From positions 1 through 27,642 of the forward strand of contig JBGSIV010000179.1 in assembly GCA_041742355.1 (NCBI GenBank): a stretch of 27,642 bases of DNA. Reading direction: 5' to 3'. Position numbers and translations under genes: made by a program. Under the pieces are notes generated by a model. It saw only the letters and a list, made by a program, of their open reading frames with translations. It made no database searches and was not told the origin of the DNA. Below are positions 17,990 through 27,642 of this stretch, one piece after another (the stretch's first letter is position 1; each line of letters opens with the position of its first letter). Origin of the DNA: Candidatus Zixiibacteriota bacterium. Its GTDB lineage: Bacteria; Zixibacteria; MSB-5A5; GN15; FEB-12.

Positions 17990-20686
17990 ATGGATCCGTT
18001 CGGAGCTCAAGCAAAGCTCAAGACAAAGGGGAACACTTACACCATATTCCGCCTCGACAAAGTCGCCGAAAAAGCAGGGGTGAAACCGGGGCAGATCGAG
18101 CGGCTCCCGTACTCCATCAAAGTCCTGCTCGAAGCCGTGCTGCGCAATGTCGACGGACGGGTGATCCGCGACGAAGATGTCGTCACGATGGCGCGCTACG
18201 ACGCGAAACGGGTGGCCGAACAGGGGCACGAGCTCCCGTTCAAGCCGGCCCGCGTGCTGCTGCAGGATTTCACCGGCGTGCCAGCGGTGGTCGACCTCGC
18301 GGCGCTGCGCGCGGCGATGAAGCGCATGGGCGGCGATCCGAAAAAGATCAACCCGCTCGTGCCGGTCGACCTCGTGATCGACCACTCGGTGCAGGTCGAC
18401 AAGTTTGCATCGGACGACGCACTGGCGTTCAACATGGATAAGGAGTTCGAGCGCAACGCCGAGCGGTATGAATTTCTGCACTGGGGACAAAAGGCGTTCT
18501 CGAACTTCAGCGTCGTCCCCCCCGCCACGGGAATCTGCCACCAGGTGAATCTCGAGTATATCGCCAAGTGCGTGCTGGTGCGCGACGGCGTGGCGCTGCC
18601 GGATTCACTGGTCGGAACCGACAGCCACACGGTCATGATCAACGGCCTTGGGGTAGTAGGCTGGGGTGTCGGCGGGATCGAGGCCGAGGCGGTCATGCTC
18701 GGCCAGCCGCTTTATATGCTCACGCCGGAGGTGATCGGATTCAAGCTCACCGGCAAGATGGCTGAAGGGACGACCGGGACCGACCTGGTGCTGACAGTCA
18801 CCCAGATGCTGCGGGCGAAAGGTGTGGTCAGCAAGTTTGTCGAATTCTACGGCCCGGCGCTCGACACACTGTCGTTGCCGGCCAAAGCGATGGTGGCGAA
18901 TATGGCGCCGGAGTACGGCGCGACGATGGGATTTTTCCCGATTGACAAGCTGACGCTGGAATATTTGAAGATGACGGGGCGGACGCCGGACGAGATCGAC
19001 CTGGTCGAGCGGTACGCCAAAGAGCAGATGCTGTGGCGCGACGCGGGGTCGCCGGAACCGATATTCACCGATACGCTGGAACTCGATATTTCGACGGTGG
19101 AGCCGTCGCTGGCCGGCCCGAAACGGCCGCAGGACCGGGTGGCGCTTTCAAAGATGAAAGACGAGTTCGAGAAAGCGCTGACCAAGCCGATCAAAGAGCG
19201 CGGGTTTGAACTGAAGGCCGGGGAGTTGAACCGCACCGGTGCGATCCACGACGGGTACAACGCGGAGATCGGACACGGGGCGGTCGTGATCGCCGCGATC
19301 ACATCGTGCACGAATACCTCGGATCCGTTTGTGCTGCTGGCGGCCGGGCTGGTCGCGAAGAAGGCGGCGGAGCGCGGGTTGACGAGCAAGCCGTGGGTGA
19401 AGACATCGCTGGCGCCGGGATCGCGGGTAGTGATCGATTACCTTGAGAAGGCGAAGCTGATCGAGCCCTTGGAGAAGCTCGGATTCCACAATGTCGGGTA
19501 CGGCTGCACGACGTGTATCGGCAACTCGGGGCCGCTGCCGGAACCGGTGGTGCGGGCGATCGAGAGCGGGAATCTCGTGGTGTCGGCGGTGCTGTCGGGG
19601 AATCGGAATTTCGAGGGGCGGGTGAATCCGCACACAAAGGCGAATTACCTGGCCTCTCCCCCGCTGGTAGTGGCGTATGCGATCGCCGGGACGACCGATA
19701 TCGATCTGGTGACCGAGCCGATCGGGCAGGACAAAAACGGCACGCCGGTGTTCCTGAAGGAAATTTGGCCGACCGAGAAGGAAGTGCTCGACGCGGTGGC
19801 GACGGCGGTGACGCCGGAAATGTTCCGCGAGCGGTATGCGGCGGTGTTCACCGGGAACGAGCGGTGGAACTGCATTGCGTCGCCGAAGAGCGAGTTGTAC
19901 GAGTGGAACGAGAAATCGACGTATATCCAGGAGCCGCCGTTTTTCGTGGATATGAAGGCGAAGCCGGGGGACATTCAGCCGATTCGCGGCGCGCGGGTGC
20001 TGGGCGTGTTCGGGGATTCGATCACGACCGACCACATCTCCCCCGCCGGGTCGATCAAGGCGGACAGTCCGGCGGGCAAGTACCTGATGGAGCACGGGGT
20101 GCAGTTCGCGGATTTCAACTCGTACGGGTCGCGGCGCGGTAACGACCGGGTCATGACGCGCGGGACATTCGCGAACATTCGTCTTCGCAACCTGCTGGCG
20201 CCGGGCACCGAGGGGGGCGTGACGATCCATTTGCCGACGGGCGAACAGATGAGCATTTACGACGCCTCGATGCGCTACCAGAAGGAGAATATTCCGCTGG
20301 TGGTGATTGCGGGTAAAGACTACGGCATGGGGTCCTCGCGCGACTGGGCGGCCAAGGGGACGAATCTGCTGGGGGTCAAAGCGGTGATCGCCGAGAGTTT
20401 CGAGCGGATTCACCGGTCGAACCTGGTGGGGATGGGGGTGTTGCCGCTGGTGTTCCTGCCGGGGGATAACCGCGAGAAGCTCGGGTTGACCGGGCACGAG
20501 CTGTACACGATCGAGGGTTTGTCCAACGAGATGAAGCCCAAGGCGCGGGTCACGGTGCGGGCGCTCTCGAAAGATGGCGAGAAGGTGTTCGAGGCGATCG
20601 CGCGTTTGGATACGCCGATCGATGTCGATTACTACCGTCACGGCGGGATCCTGCACATGGTGTTGCGGCAGTTGGCCAAGGCGTAA
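17990..20686 (+). CDS. acnA: Aconitate hydratase A
   Basis: [89 protein letters not shown] before ATG 17990. Confidence 0.98.
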   Translation: MDPFGAQAKLKTKGNTYTIFRLDKVAEKAGVKPGQIERLPYSIKVLLEAVLRNVDGRVIRDEDVVTMARYDAKRVAEQGHELPFKPARVLLQDFTGVPAVVDLAALRAAMKRMGGDPKKINPLVPVDLVIDHSVQVDKFASDDALAFNMDKEFERNAERYEFLHWGQKAFSNFSVVPPATGICHQVNLEYIAKCVLVRDGVALPDSLVGTDSHTVMINGLGVVGWGVGGIEAEAVMLGQPLYMLTPEVIGFKLTGKMAEGTTGTDLVLTVTQMLRAKGVVSKFVEFYGPALDTLSLPAKAMVANMAPEYGATMGFFPIDKLTLEYLKMTGRTPDEIDLVERYAKEQMLWRDAGSPEPIFTDTLELDISTVEPSLAGPKRPQDRVALSKMKDEFEKALTKPIKERGFELKAGELNRTGAIHDGYNAEIGHGAVVIAAITSCTNTSDPFVLLAAGLVAKKAAERGLTSKPWVKTSLAPGSRVVIDYLEKAKLIEPLEKLGFHNVGYGCTTCIGNSGPLPEPVVRAIESGNLVVSAVLSGNRNFEGRVNPHTKANYLASPPLVVAYAIAGTTDIDLVTEPIGQDKNGTPVFLKEIWPTEKEVLDAVATAVTPEMFRERYAAVFTGNERWNCIASPKSELYEWNEKSTYIQEPPFFVDMKAKPGDIQPIRGARVLGVFGDSITTDHISPAGSIKADSPAGKYLMEHGVQFADFNSYGSRRGNDRVMTRGTFANIRLRNLLAPGTEGGVTIHLPTGEQMSIYDASMRYQKENIPLVVIAGKDYGMGSSRDWAAKGTNLLGVKAVIAESFERIHRSNLVGMGVLPLVFLPGDNREKLGLTGHELYTIEGLSNEMKPKARVTVRALSKDGEKVFEAIARLDTPIDVDYYRHGGILHMVLRQLAKA

Positions 20687-20703
20687 GTGGTCGTCGAGTG
20701 GAA

Positions 20704-20735
20704 GTGCCCGGCACATGTCCACATGTGCCGGGCAC
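20704..20735 (+). terminator. Strong inverted repeat just after the acnA stop (possible terminator or 3' stabiliser)
   Basis: GTGCCCGGCACATGT-CC-ACATGTGCCGGGCAC with 15-bp arms. There is no U-tract. Confidence 0.45.
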
Positions 20736-21181
20736 GGATTGGTCTTTCGATAACGAGGGTGCGCGATGTCAGACTGCAAGCAGCCTGACCTACGCGAGGG
20801 CCCGATTTTCCGCGTGTTGTGGGGTGTTGGCATGTCGGGTTTCTCGGAGCTTCGCTCCTCGGAACCCGACCTACGCCTGCGATCGTCGTGTTGCCCGGAT
20901 TGTCGTGATGCCCGGATTGTCGTGCTAACCGGGGTGTGGACACGGGCCGGGCACGGATTGGTCTTTCGATAACGAGAGTGAAAGGTGTCAGGCTGCAAGC
21001 AGCCTGACCTACGCGAGGGCCTGATTTTCCGCGTGTCGTGGGGCGTTGTTGCGTCGGGTTTCTCGGAGCTTCGCTCCTCGGAACCCGACCTACGTCTGCG
21101 ATCGTCGTGCTACCCGGATCGTCGTGATGCCCGGATTGTCGTGCTACCTGCATCGTCGTGCTAGCCGGGATGTGGACATGG
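20727..21181 (+). repeat. Tandem duplication (219 and 236 bp units), each with two REP-like hairpins and a 17-bp minisatellite
   Basis: GCCGGGCACGGATTGGTCTTTCGATAACGAG at 20727 and 20946. Each unit has GCAAGCAGCCTGACCTACG and GTCGGGTTTCTCGGAGCTTCGCTCCTCGGAACCCGACCTACG, followed by 3 versus 4 copies of a GAT(C/T)GTCGTG-containing 17-mer. Confidence 0.92.
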
Positions 21182-21503
21182 GCCGGGCGCGGAACAAGTC
21201 AGGCACCCCGAGCGGTGCCTGACCTACCTGTTTGAAAGCGGTGTCGAAATTTCGATACCGCTGTCTCTTTTGGGGGCAGTTGAGTTTCCCACATTTCCCG
21301 CAACGTCGTGCATAATGCGCCAATGTCCATAGGTATGGATAGGTATAATATACCGCATGAGAACGCAATGGTCGGGCACAGGGCACGCGCCACCGGGGGA
21401 ATTCAGCACCGAGTCAGGACTCCGCCTCAACCGCCGCATCACCGGCGGCTGAGGCGGGGTATGGTTGTCCCTGCGCCCAGTGAGAGAGTGAGGTGCAGAC
21501 GAT

Positions 21504-23738
21504 ATGAGGAAAGTTCGAAAAACGTCGCAGGGGAACACCGATCCGCCCGAGGCCAAGGCGTGCCCGTGTCGGCAAGCGATGATCGAGGCAGGGTCGTGGG
21601 AGCAATTACCGGACAATGTGAAGGAGCTGGTGAGCGAGCGGGAGCGGTTCGAGCGCGATATCGAGCGGCAGTACGAGCGGTTGAAGGTGGTACAGGCGGA
21701 TTTGGCCGAGTCGCGGAATCGCTACCTGCAGATATTCGAGGGGGCGCCGGTCGGCTATGTGCTGGTGGACGATGCGGGTGTGATTCGCGACGCGAATGTG
21801 GCGGCGGCGGCGCTGCTGGGGGGACCGAAGGCGCGGCTGGCGGGCCAGCCGCTGGCGTCATTCATAGCGGAGGATGATCTGGACGTATACCACAGCTACC
21901 GCGAGGCACCGTCAACCGGGGCGGGCTGGGCGACGTGCGTGGTCCGGTTGAAACCGGACCACGGGGCGCTGCGGTACATTCAGGTGAGCAGTCAGCATCT
22001 CCGGGACGGGGTCAGGCGCGACGGGACGGTGCTGGTGACGCTATCGGATATCACGGATCTCAAGGCGATGGAGTCGGAGTTGCGCCTGGTGCAGAGTCAT
22101 CTCGAGCGGCTGAATCGCGAGGTGAACCAGGAGCTGGAGGAAGAGAGCGAGGAGCTGGAGCGGGCGGAGGAGGCGCTCGAGATGAGTGAGGCGAAGTACC
22201 GGCTGATGCTCAATTCGGTCAACGAAGGGGTGGTGGTGATTCAGGATTTCAAGCTGCGATATGTCAATCGTCTCGTGGGAGAGGTGGTCAACGCGCCGCC
22301 GGAGAAGATGCTGGGCAAGGCGTTCCTGGATTTCGTGCATCCGGAGGATCGGGCAGCAGTCGGGGCGATTCACCTGGCGCGGCTTGAGGGGCGCGAGGCG
22401 CCGGAGCTATATGACGCGCGGGTGTTTGATCATGCGGGAAGGCTCCACTGGTACCGGATCAATTCGATTCTCATCGACTGGGACAGGCGGCCGGCGGTGT
22501 TGAGCACGCTGCGGGATGTGACCGAGATCAAGGCGACCGAGGAACGGCTGGAACAGGAGCGGGTGACGCTCAACACGGTGCTGGACAATATTCCCGTGAT
22601 GCTCGCGATGTTCGACTTCAACAACACGGTGTACTTCGTGAATGCCGAGTTCGAGCAGGTGCTGGGGTGGACCGAGCGGCAGTTTGTCCAGGGGAACCTG
22701 ATGGACCTGTGCTTCCCCGATCCGCAGCAGCGCGCCGAGGTGTGGGAGTTTATCCAGCAATCGGCCGACGAGTGGCGGGATGTGGAGGCGACGACGCGCT
22801 GGGGCACGACGGTGACGGCCTCGATCAGCAGTATCCGTCTGCCCGACAAACGTCAGATCGTGATCGGGATCGACGTGCGGGGGCGGCGGGAGATGGAGGC
22901 GCGGCTCGATGAGGAGCGCCGGATGCTTGAGACGATCTTGAACAACATCCCAATTATGATCATCATGTACAACCTCGAAGGAGAAGCAATCCTGCTCAAC
23001 CCGGCGTATGTCGATCTGCTGGGTTGGACGAAAGAGGATTTTGAGGCGACCGACATGCTGGAGTTGTGTTTCCCGGATCCGTCGTACCGCGAGGAGGCGC
23101 GGACGTTTCTGCTCAGCGACACCGATCAGTGGAAGGATCTTGAGGTGACGACGAAGAGCGGCGGGGTGCTGGCCAGTTCCTGGCGGGTAGTGCGGGTGGT
23201 CGAGGGGTACCGGATCGGTATCGGGGTGGACATTCGCGAGCGGCGGCAGGCGGAACATCGGCTGCAGCAGGCGTATGACCGTCTCAAGCAGGAGCAGGCG
23301 GCACTCGAGCGGAAGAACATTGCGCTGACCGAGGTGATGTCGCAGTTCGAGCAGAAGAAGAAGGAAGTGGCGGAAACGGTCGTCCTCAATATCGAGGAGA
23401 TCGTGTTGCCGTCGCTGGAGAGAATCAAAGGAGGCATGTCCAGTTCGGAGATGAAGAGCAGTATCGAGAAGGTCGAGCGGGACCTCGAGGAGATCTCCTC
23501 TCCCCTGTTGTCCCGGCTGGAGCTCAAAGCGCGGCGGTTGACCGGGCGGGAGCGGGAGGTGGCGCGGCTGCTGGGTCAGGGGAACAGCACGGGCGAGGTA
23601 GCGCGGCTGCTGGGGTTGTCGAAGCCGACGATACAGAAGTATCGGGAGTTGATCCGGCGGAAGCTGGGGTTGACGGGTCAGATGATCAACCTGAACGGAT
23701 TTTTGCGGCGGCTGGGGGATGGCGGCGGAGGCGGATAA
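21504..23738 (+). CDS. Multi-PAS (4) transcriptional regulator with C-terminal LuxR-type HTH
   Basis: PAS starts IFEGAPVGY, MLNSVNEG, VLDNIPVM and ILNNIPIM; coiled coil; LTGREREVARLLGQGNSTGEVARLLGLSKPTIQKYRELIRRKLGL. Confidence 0.92.
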   Translation: MRKVRKTSQGNTDPPEAKACPCRQAMIEAGSWEQLPDNVKELVSERERFERDIERQYERLKVVQADLAESRNRYLQIFEGAPVGYVLVDDAGVIRDANVAAAALLGGPKARLAGQPLASFIAEDDLDVYHSYREAPSTGAGWATCVVRLKPDHGALRYIQVSSQHLRDGVRRDGTVLVTLSDITDLKAMESELRLVQSHLERLNREVNQELEEESEELERAEEALEMSEAKYRLMLNSVNEGVVVIQDFKLRYVNRLVGEVVNAPPEKMLGKAFLDFVHPEDRAAVGAIHLARLEGREAPELYDARVFDHAGRLHWYRINSILIDWDRRPAVLSTLRDVTEIKATEERLEQERVTLNTVLDNIPVMLAMFDFNNTVYFVNAEFEQVLGWTERQFVQGNLMDLCFPDPQQRAEVWEFIQQSADEWRDVEATTRWGTTVTASISSIRLPDKRQIVIGIDVRGRREMEARLDEERRMLETILNNIPIMIIMYNLEGEAILLNPAYVDLLGWTKEDFEATDMLELCFPDPSYREEARTFLLSDTDQWKDLEVTTKSGGVLASSWRVVRVVEGYRIGIGVDIRERRQAEHRLQQAYDRLKQEQAALERKNIALTEVMSQFEQKKKEVAETVVLNIEEIVLPSLERIKGGMSSSEMKSSIEKVERDLEEISSPLLSRLELKARRLTGREREVARLLGQGNSTGEVARLLGLSKPTIQKYRELIRRKLGLTGQMINLNGFLRRLGDGGGGG

Positions 23739-23823
23739 GGGATACCGGGGGTACGCCCGCAGGGTCACACGCTTCCCCTCGCTGTGCTCGGGGTCGCGCA
23801 AGACCCTGCGGAAGGGAGATTCC

Positions 23824-24110
23824 GTCACCCTTCGACTCCGCTCAGGGTGACGGTTAGGGATGGAGTTCGTTTTGGCATGTTCTCCTTCGCATTCGATCTT
23901 GCCTCACTGTCCGTAGCCGAGAGAGACCCGCCATGAATGGTGGGCCACCGGAGGGGGCACAGGGGATTGGGTTCGTTTGTGCAAAATCCCTGTTCCTGGT
24001 TCTCCCGATGTCAGGCTCCTTGGAGCCTGACCGACAAGAAGAGCATTCGTATCGGGCTGCCCACAGCAGAGCTGTGGGCTACCTGTTCATTCTGTCAGGC
24101 CGCAAGCGGG
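23824..24110. repeat. REP-like hairpin cluster
   Basis: GTCACCCTTCGACTCCGCTCAGGGTGAC (23824, also 27365), CCCGCCATGAATGGTGGG, TTGGGTTCGTTT (~23968), TGTCAGGCTCCTTGGAGCCTGACC (24009), CCCACAGCAGAGCTGTGGG (~24060). Confidence 0.85.
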
Positions 24111-24495
24111 GGGCACCGGGCCGAGGCGGGGCGCGGGTGTCCGACAGGAACAAAACTCCGCTTGCCAGCAGGCAGTTCTTTGGCGTAATTGCGGCAGCGG
24201 TATGGTGTATCTCGCGCAGGCCACTGCGCTCTTTGAGTCGCTTCGTATGCCGCGTTGTCGCGCTGCTACTTGTCCATACGCAGGAACCTGAATGGCACGG
24301 CGGTTCTCGCACAGGGATTCCGTCGGGCGAGTATGGGCGGCAGATCTTCTCTGCCATGCGCGGCAGCAAGATGATCAAGTAAACAGGTGAGCATCAGGCA
24401 GTCCCCTGCCGGCAGATTTGCACTGCGGACGGGGGAATAACCGGAGTCGACGCGGGGCAGGACGGCCGGTCCGGTGTGGGAGAGGTGGAACCATC

Positions 24496-27063
24496 ATGAC
24501 CGGGCGCAACAGGGATTCGTTGACGAGCCTGTACGAGCGGCTGCGGTCGGCGTACGAGGCGCAGGGATGCGCGTGGGAAAGCCTTCCGGAGGAGTTCCGT
24601 CGGCTCGTGTGCGAGTTGGGACGGGCGCACGAGGCGGTTCAGTCGCAGAGTGAGGCGGGGGACAATTCATGGGCACATTTCCAGGATCAGGGCAGTTCGG
24701 GTCGGGCGCTGTTCGAGGCGACTCCGGTGGCGTATCTGCTGGTCGATCGGTACGGGTTGATTCACGATGCGAACGGGGCGGCGCTGCGCCTCCTGGGAAC
24801 GGAGCGCCCCCACCTGTGCGGGCAGCCGTTGACCGCGTTCATCGTGGCCGAGGATCATGCCGGGTTCCAGGGATTCTGGGAGGGGCTGACGGCGGAGGCG
24901 GCGGAGCGTGAGCACGAGGTGCGGCTGAAGCACCGCACGGGAATGCTGGTGCACGTTCTGGTCGGGGCCGGGGTTCTCGGCCGGGCCGCCGGGCAATCGG
25001 AGCGGATCCTGGTGACGCTGGCCGACGTGACGCGGCTGCGGCAGACGGAGCGGGATTTGCGTCTGGCGCAGGCGGAACTGGCCGAGCGCAACGAGCGGCT
25101 GGCGGTGGAACTGGATTTGACCAATCGCCGTCTTCGGAGCGAGGTGCGCCAGCACCGGGAGGTGGCGCGGGCGCTGCACACAACCGAGGAGCAGTACGGG
25201 CTGCTGGTGGAGAATGCGACCGAGGGGATAGTTGTCGCGCAGGATTTCCAGATCCGTTTCGCGAATCGGGCGGTGTGTGAAATCGTGGGGAAGCCGCTGG
25301 AGCAGTTGCGCGGGGAGCCGATGCTGCAGTTCCTCCATCCCGATGACCGGCCGATGGTGATCGAACGTCACCATTCGCGCATGGAAGGGAGGGCGGAGGT
25401 GGATACGTACCACCTGCGGCTGTTCGATCGGAACAACCAGATCCGGTGGTACCAGGCGAGCGTGGTCTCGATCGAGTGGGAGGAGCGGCCGGCGGCGCTC
25501 TTGTTCCTGAAGGAGATCACGCAGCGGGTGGCGGTGGAAGAGCGGTTGGAACGCGAACGCGAGTTGCTGCACACGATTCTGGACAATATTCCGGTCATGA
25601 TTACCTGTTACGACGCCGAAGGCACGCTGCTGCTGTGGAACCGGGCGCTGGAGAAGACGCTCGGCTGGACGGAGGCGGATCTCCGGGCACGCCCGGTGAT
25701 GGAGTTGTGCTACCCCGATCCGGCGTATCGCCGGGAGGTGTGGGAGTTCATGACCACCTGCCTGGGGCAATGGCGGGATGTGGAGACGGTGGCCAAGGAC
25801 GGGAGCTGTGTCATGACAGCGTGGACGAATGTCCGTTTGGCCGACGGGCGGCAGATCGGGATCGGGATCGACATTCGGGAGCGGCTGGAACTGGTGCGGC
25901 AAGTGGAGAACGAGCGCGGTATGCTCACGACGATTCTGGACAACATTCCGGTGATAATCACGGTGTACGACGAGGCGGCGCGGGTGCTTTATGCGAATCC
26001 CGCGTACGAGCGGATACTTGGCTGGACCAAGGAGGACTTCGCGACGGCTGACGCTCTGGAGCTTCTCCTGCCCGATGCGCAGGAGCGCCAGGAGGGGCTG
26101 GAGTTCATGATGACGTATCCGGATCGGTGGCGGGATTTCAACACGCACGGGAAGTCGGGCGCGGTCGTGCCAACGTCGTGGAGGAACGTCTACCTGGCCG
26201 ACGGGAAGATGATCGGGATCGGGATCGATGTCCGGGAGCGCAAGGAGTGGGAGGAGCGGCTGGAGCGGGAGCGGAAGGTGTTGCAGGCGATTCTGGACAG
26301 CATCCCGGTAATGATATCGATATACGATCTGAACGGGAAGTCGCTCATGCTGAATCCGGCGTACGAGAAAACGCTGGGGTGGACGGTGGAGGATCTGGCG
26401 GACGGTCGCGGGATGGAGAAGATGTTTCCCGACCCGGCGTACCGCGAGGGGGTGTGGCGGTTCATTACGACGCAGCACGGGCAGTGGGGGGATTTCGATG
26501 CGAGGGCGAAATCGGGGGAGGTCGTGCGGAGTTCGTGGTACAACGTGACGTTGTGGGACGAGTTGCAGATCGGGATCGGTATCGACATTCGCGACCGGGT
26601 GAGAGCGGAGAAGGAATTGCGGGAGGCGTTTGCGCAGCTGGAGCGGAAGCATACGGCGCTCAACGAGGTGATCGCGCAGGTAGAGGCCAGGCAGCAGGAA
26701 GTCAAGACGATCGTGGCGCTCAATATCGAGAAAGCGCTGCGCCCCGTGCTGCGGCGCCTGAAGCGGCAGACGCGCGACCGGAGACTGCTCCTGAATATCG
26801 AGCTGGCCGAACAGGAGCTGGAGAACATCGCCTCTCCCCTGCTGAACAAGATCGAGGCGCGGTTCAGCGACCTGACGAAGCGGGAGCAGGAGGTGGCGCT
26901 GCTGCTGGGCAAGGGGTACCGCACGGAGGATGCGGCGGCGGCGCTGGGGTTGTCGCTGCCGACGGCGCAGAAGTACCGGGAGCTGATTCGTCGGAAGCTT
27001 CGGCTGACGGGGCGGAAGATCAATTTGAACGCGTATCTGAAGCGGTTTGTGGAGGGGGAGTGA
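24496..27063 (+). CDS. Multi-PAS (5) transcriptional regulator with C-terminal LuxR-type HTH; paralog of 21504-23738
   Basis: Same architecture with three 'ILD(N/S)IPV...LGWT...PD...GIGID(I/V)R' PAS repeats; LTKREQEVALLLGKGYRTEDAAAALGLSLPTAQKYRELIRRKLRL. GAGG RBS before ATG 24496. Confidence 0.92.
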   Translation: MTGRNRDSLTSLYERLRSAYEAQGCAWESLPEEFRRLVCELGRAHEAVQSQSEAGDNSWAHFQDQGSSGRALFEATPVAYLLVDRYGLIHDANGAALRLLGTERPHLCGQPLTAFIVAEDHAGFQGFWEGLTAEAAEREHEVRLKHRTGMLVHVLVGAGVLGRAAGQSERILVTLADVTRLRQTERDLRLAQAELAERNERLAVELDLTNRRLRSEVRQHREVARALHTTEEQYGLLVENATEGIVVAQDFQIRFANRAVCEIVGKPLEQLRGEPMLQFLHPDDRPMVIERHHSRMEGRAEVDTYHLRLFDRNNQIRWYQASVVSIEWEERPAALLFLKEITQRVAVEERLERERELLHTILDNIPVMITCYDAEGTLLLWNRALEKTLGWTEADLRARPVMELCYPDPAYRREVWEFMTTCLGQWRDVETVAKDGSCVMTAWTNVRLADGRQIGIGIDIRERLELVRQVENERGMLTTILDNIPVIITVYDEAARVLYANPAYERILGWTKEDFATADALELLLPDAQERQEGLEFMMTYPDRWRDFNTHGKSGAVVPTSWRNVYLADGKMIGIGIDVRERKEWEERLERERKVLQAILDSIPVMISIYDLNGKSLMLNPAYEKTLGWTVEDLADGRGMEKMFPDPAYREGVWRFITTQHGQWGDFDARAKSGEVVRSSWYNVTLWDELQIGIGIDIRDRVRAEKELREAFAQLERKHTALNEVIAQVEARQQEVKTIVALNIEKALRPVLRRLKRQTRDRRLLLNIELAEQELENIASPLLNKIEARFSDLTKREQEVALLLGKGYRTEDAAAALGLSLPTAQKYRELIRRKLRLTGRKINLNAYLKRFVEGE

Positions 27064-27084
27064 GGGTATGATTAGTACGCTTGC

Positions 27085-27503
27085 CGATCCCACAGCAAGC
27101 TGTGGGCGACCCGTCCAGGTCGAGTAGTAGTGCATTCTAAGCTGCCCGCAGCAGAGCTGCGGGTTACCAGGTCGTAGACCGTGCTCTGTCTTCCTGCTCT
27201 TATCCTGAGAGCAACCCACCATAAATGGTGGGCCACAAAAGAATATCAAGAATCTCCTCCCACCGCAAGCGGTGGGGCACCCGGGCACCGGTTTCGGTGC
27301 TTGACATGATCAATTCAGCGTCGTCTCCGTCAAGCACGCGGAGCCGTGCTTGACCTACCGGTCCGTCACCCTTCGACTCCGCTCAGGGTGACGTGGAGTC
27401 CGTTCAGGGTGACGTCGTGTCGGCTCAGGGTGGCGGTGGCAGGAGTCTGAGGGCCACCTGCCCTACAGGATGTGGCACGACCGCTGAAGGGTCGTGCCCT
27501 ACG
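27085..27503. repeat. Mosaic REP-like hairpin cluster
   Basis: Shares units with 8757-9670 (27089, 27215, ~27259, 27285-27358, 27438, 27474-27503) and with 14411 and 23824. Confidence 0.88.
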
Positions 27504-27642
27504 TGTACGCTATCATGACATAGTATACATGTTCTTTCAAGACATGGTATACAGGTTGGCTATCTTGGGTTACTTACAGAGGAGCCAGGATATGCCGTTT
27601 AGGACAGCGACCATGCGTGATGAACGAATCAGTTTTGTCATT
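27504..27642 (+). mobile_element. Probable left end of an IS481-family insertion sequence
   Basis: Begins with TGT at 27504. Subterminal direct repeats GACATAGTATACA (27517) and GACATGGTATACA (27541), an abrupt drop in GC, and an ORF start resembling IS481 transposases. Confidence 0.65.
27592..27642 (+). CDS. Putative IS481-family transposase, first 17 codons
   Basis: GAGGAG RBS, then MPFRTATMRDERISFVI, resembling the 'MPWxxxxxMDERxxFV' N-terminus of IS481-type transposases. Confidence 0.6.
   Translation, partial: MPFRTATMRDERISFVI

Noticed and set aside
21395..21470. Riboswitch in the leader of the first PAS-LuxR gene
   Set aside because: A strong hairpin (CCGCCTCA…TGAGGCGG) is present, but I recognise no aptamer consensus; an Rfam search would be needed.
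24292..24310. Sigma54 promoter (TGGCACG…) upstream of the second PAS-LuxR gene
   Set aside because: The -12 element reads TTCT rather than TTGC; insufficient support.
24667..27288. Long antisense ORFs (873 aa here; also 19148-20998, 22407-23828, 7762-8769, 10982-11980, 147-755)
   Set aside because: Shadow frames opposite well-supported GC-rich genes, with low-complexity R/P/L/H-rich translations.

Overview
GC-rich bacterial chromosomal segment. The dockerin-like 'NVSDLTxLVxxLFxGG' motifs suggest a Zixibacteria-like lineage (inference only). The left end is a housekeeping cluster on the minus strand: ispE-spoVG-tRNA-Gln(TTG)-prs (prs truncated by the window edge). It is followed by a RibD-C/DHFR-family gene, an orphan protein with a possible PD-(D/E)xK-like fold, three predicted secreted modular proteins, a peroxiredoxin with an in-frame UGA at the catalytic position (selenocysteine, PrxU-like), a Des-like fatty acid desaturase, a 58-aa small gene, a lower-GC ~960-aa TM+TPR+PIN protein (candidate defence gene), acnA, two paralogous multi-PAS LuxR regulators, and the probable left end of an IS481-family element. 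Most large intergenic regions are mosaics of many GTAG/CTAC-tailed REP-like hairpins and tandem repeats (193 bp x3, 219/236 bp x2, 40 bp x3). All calls come from reading the sequence; no database searches or folding computations were run.
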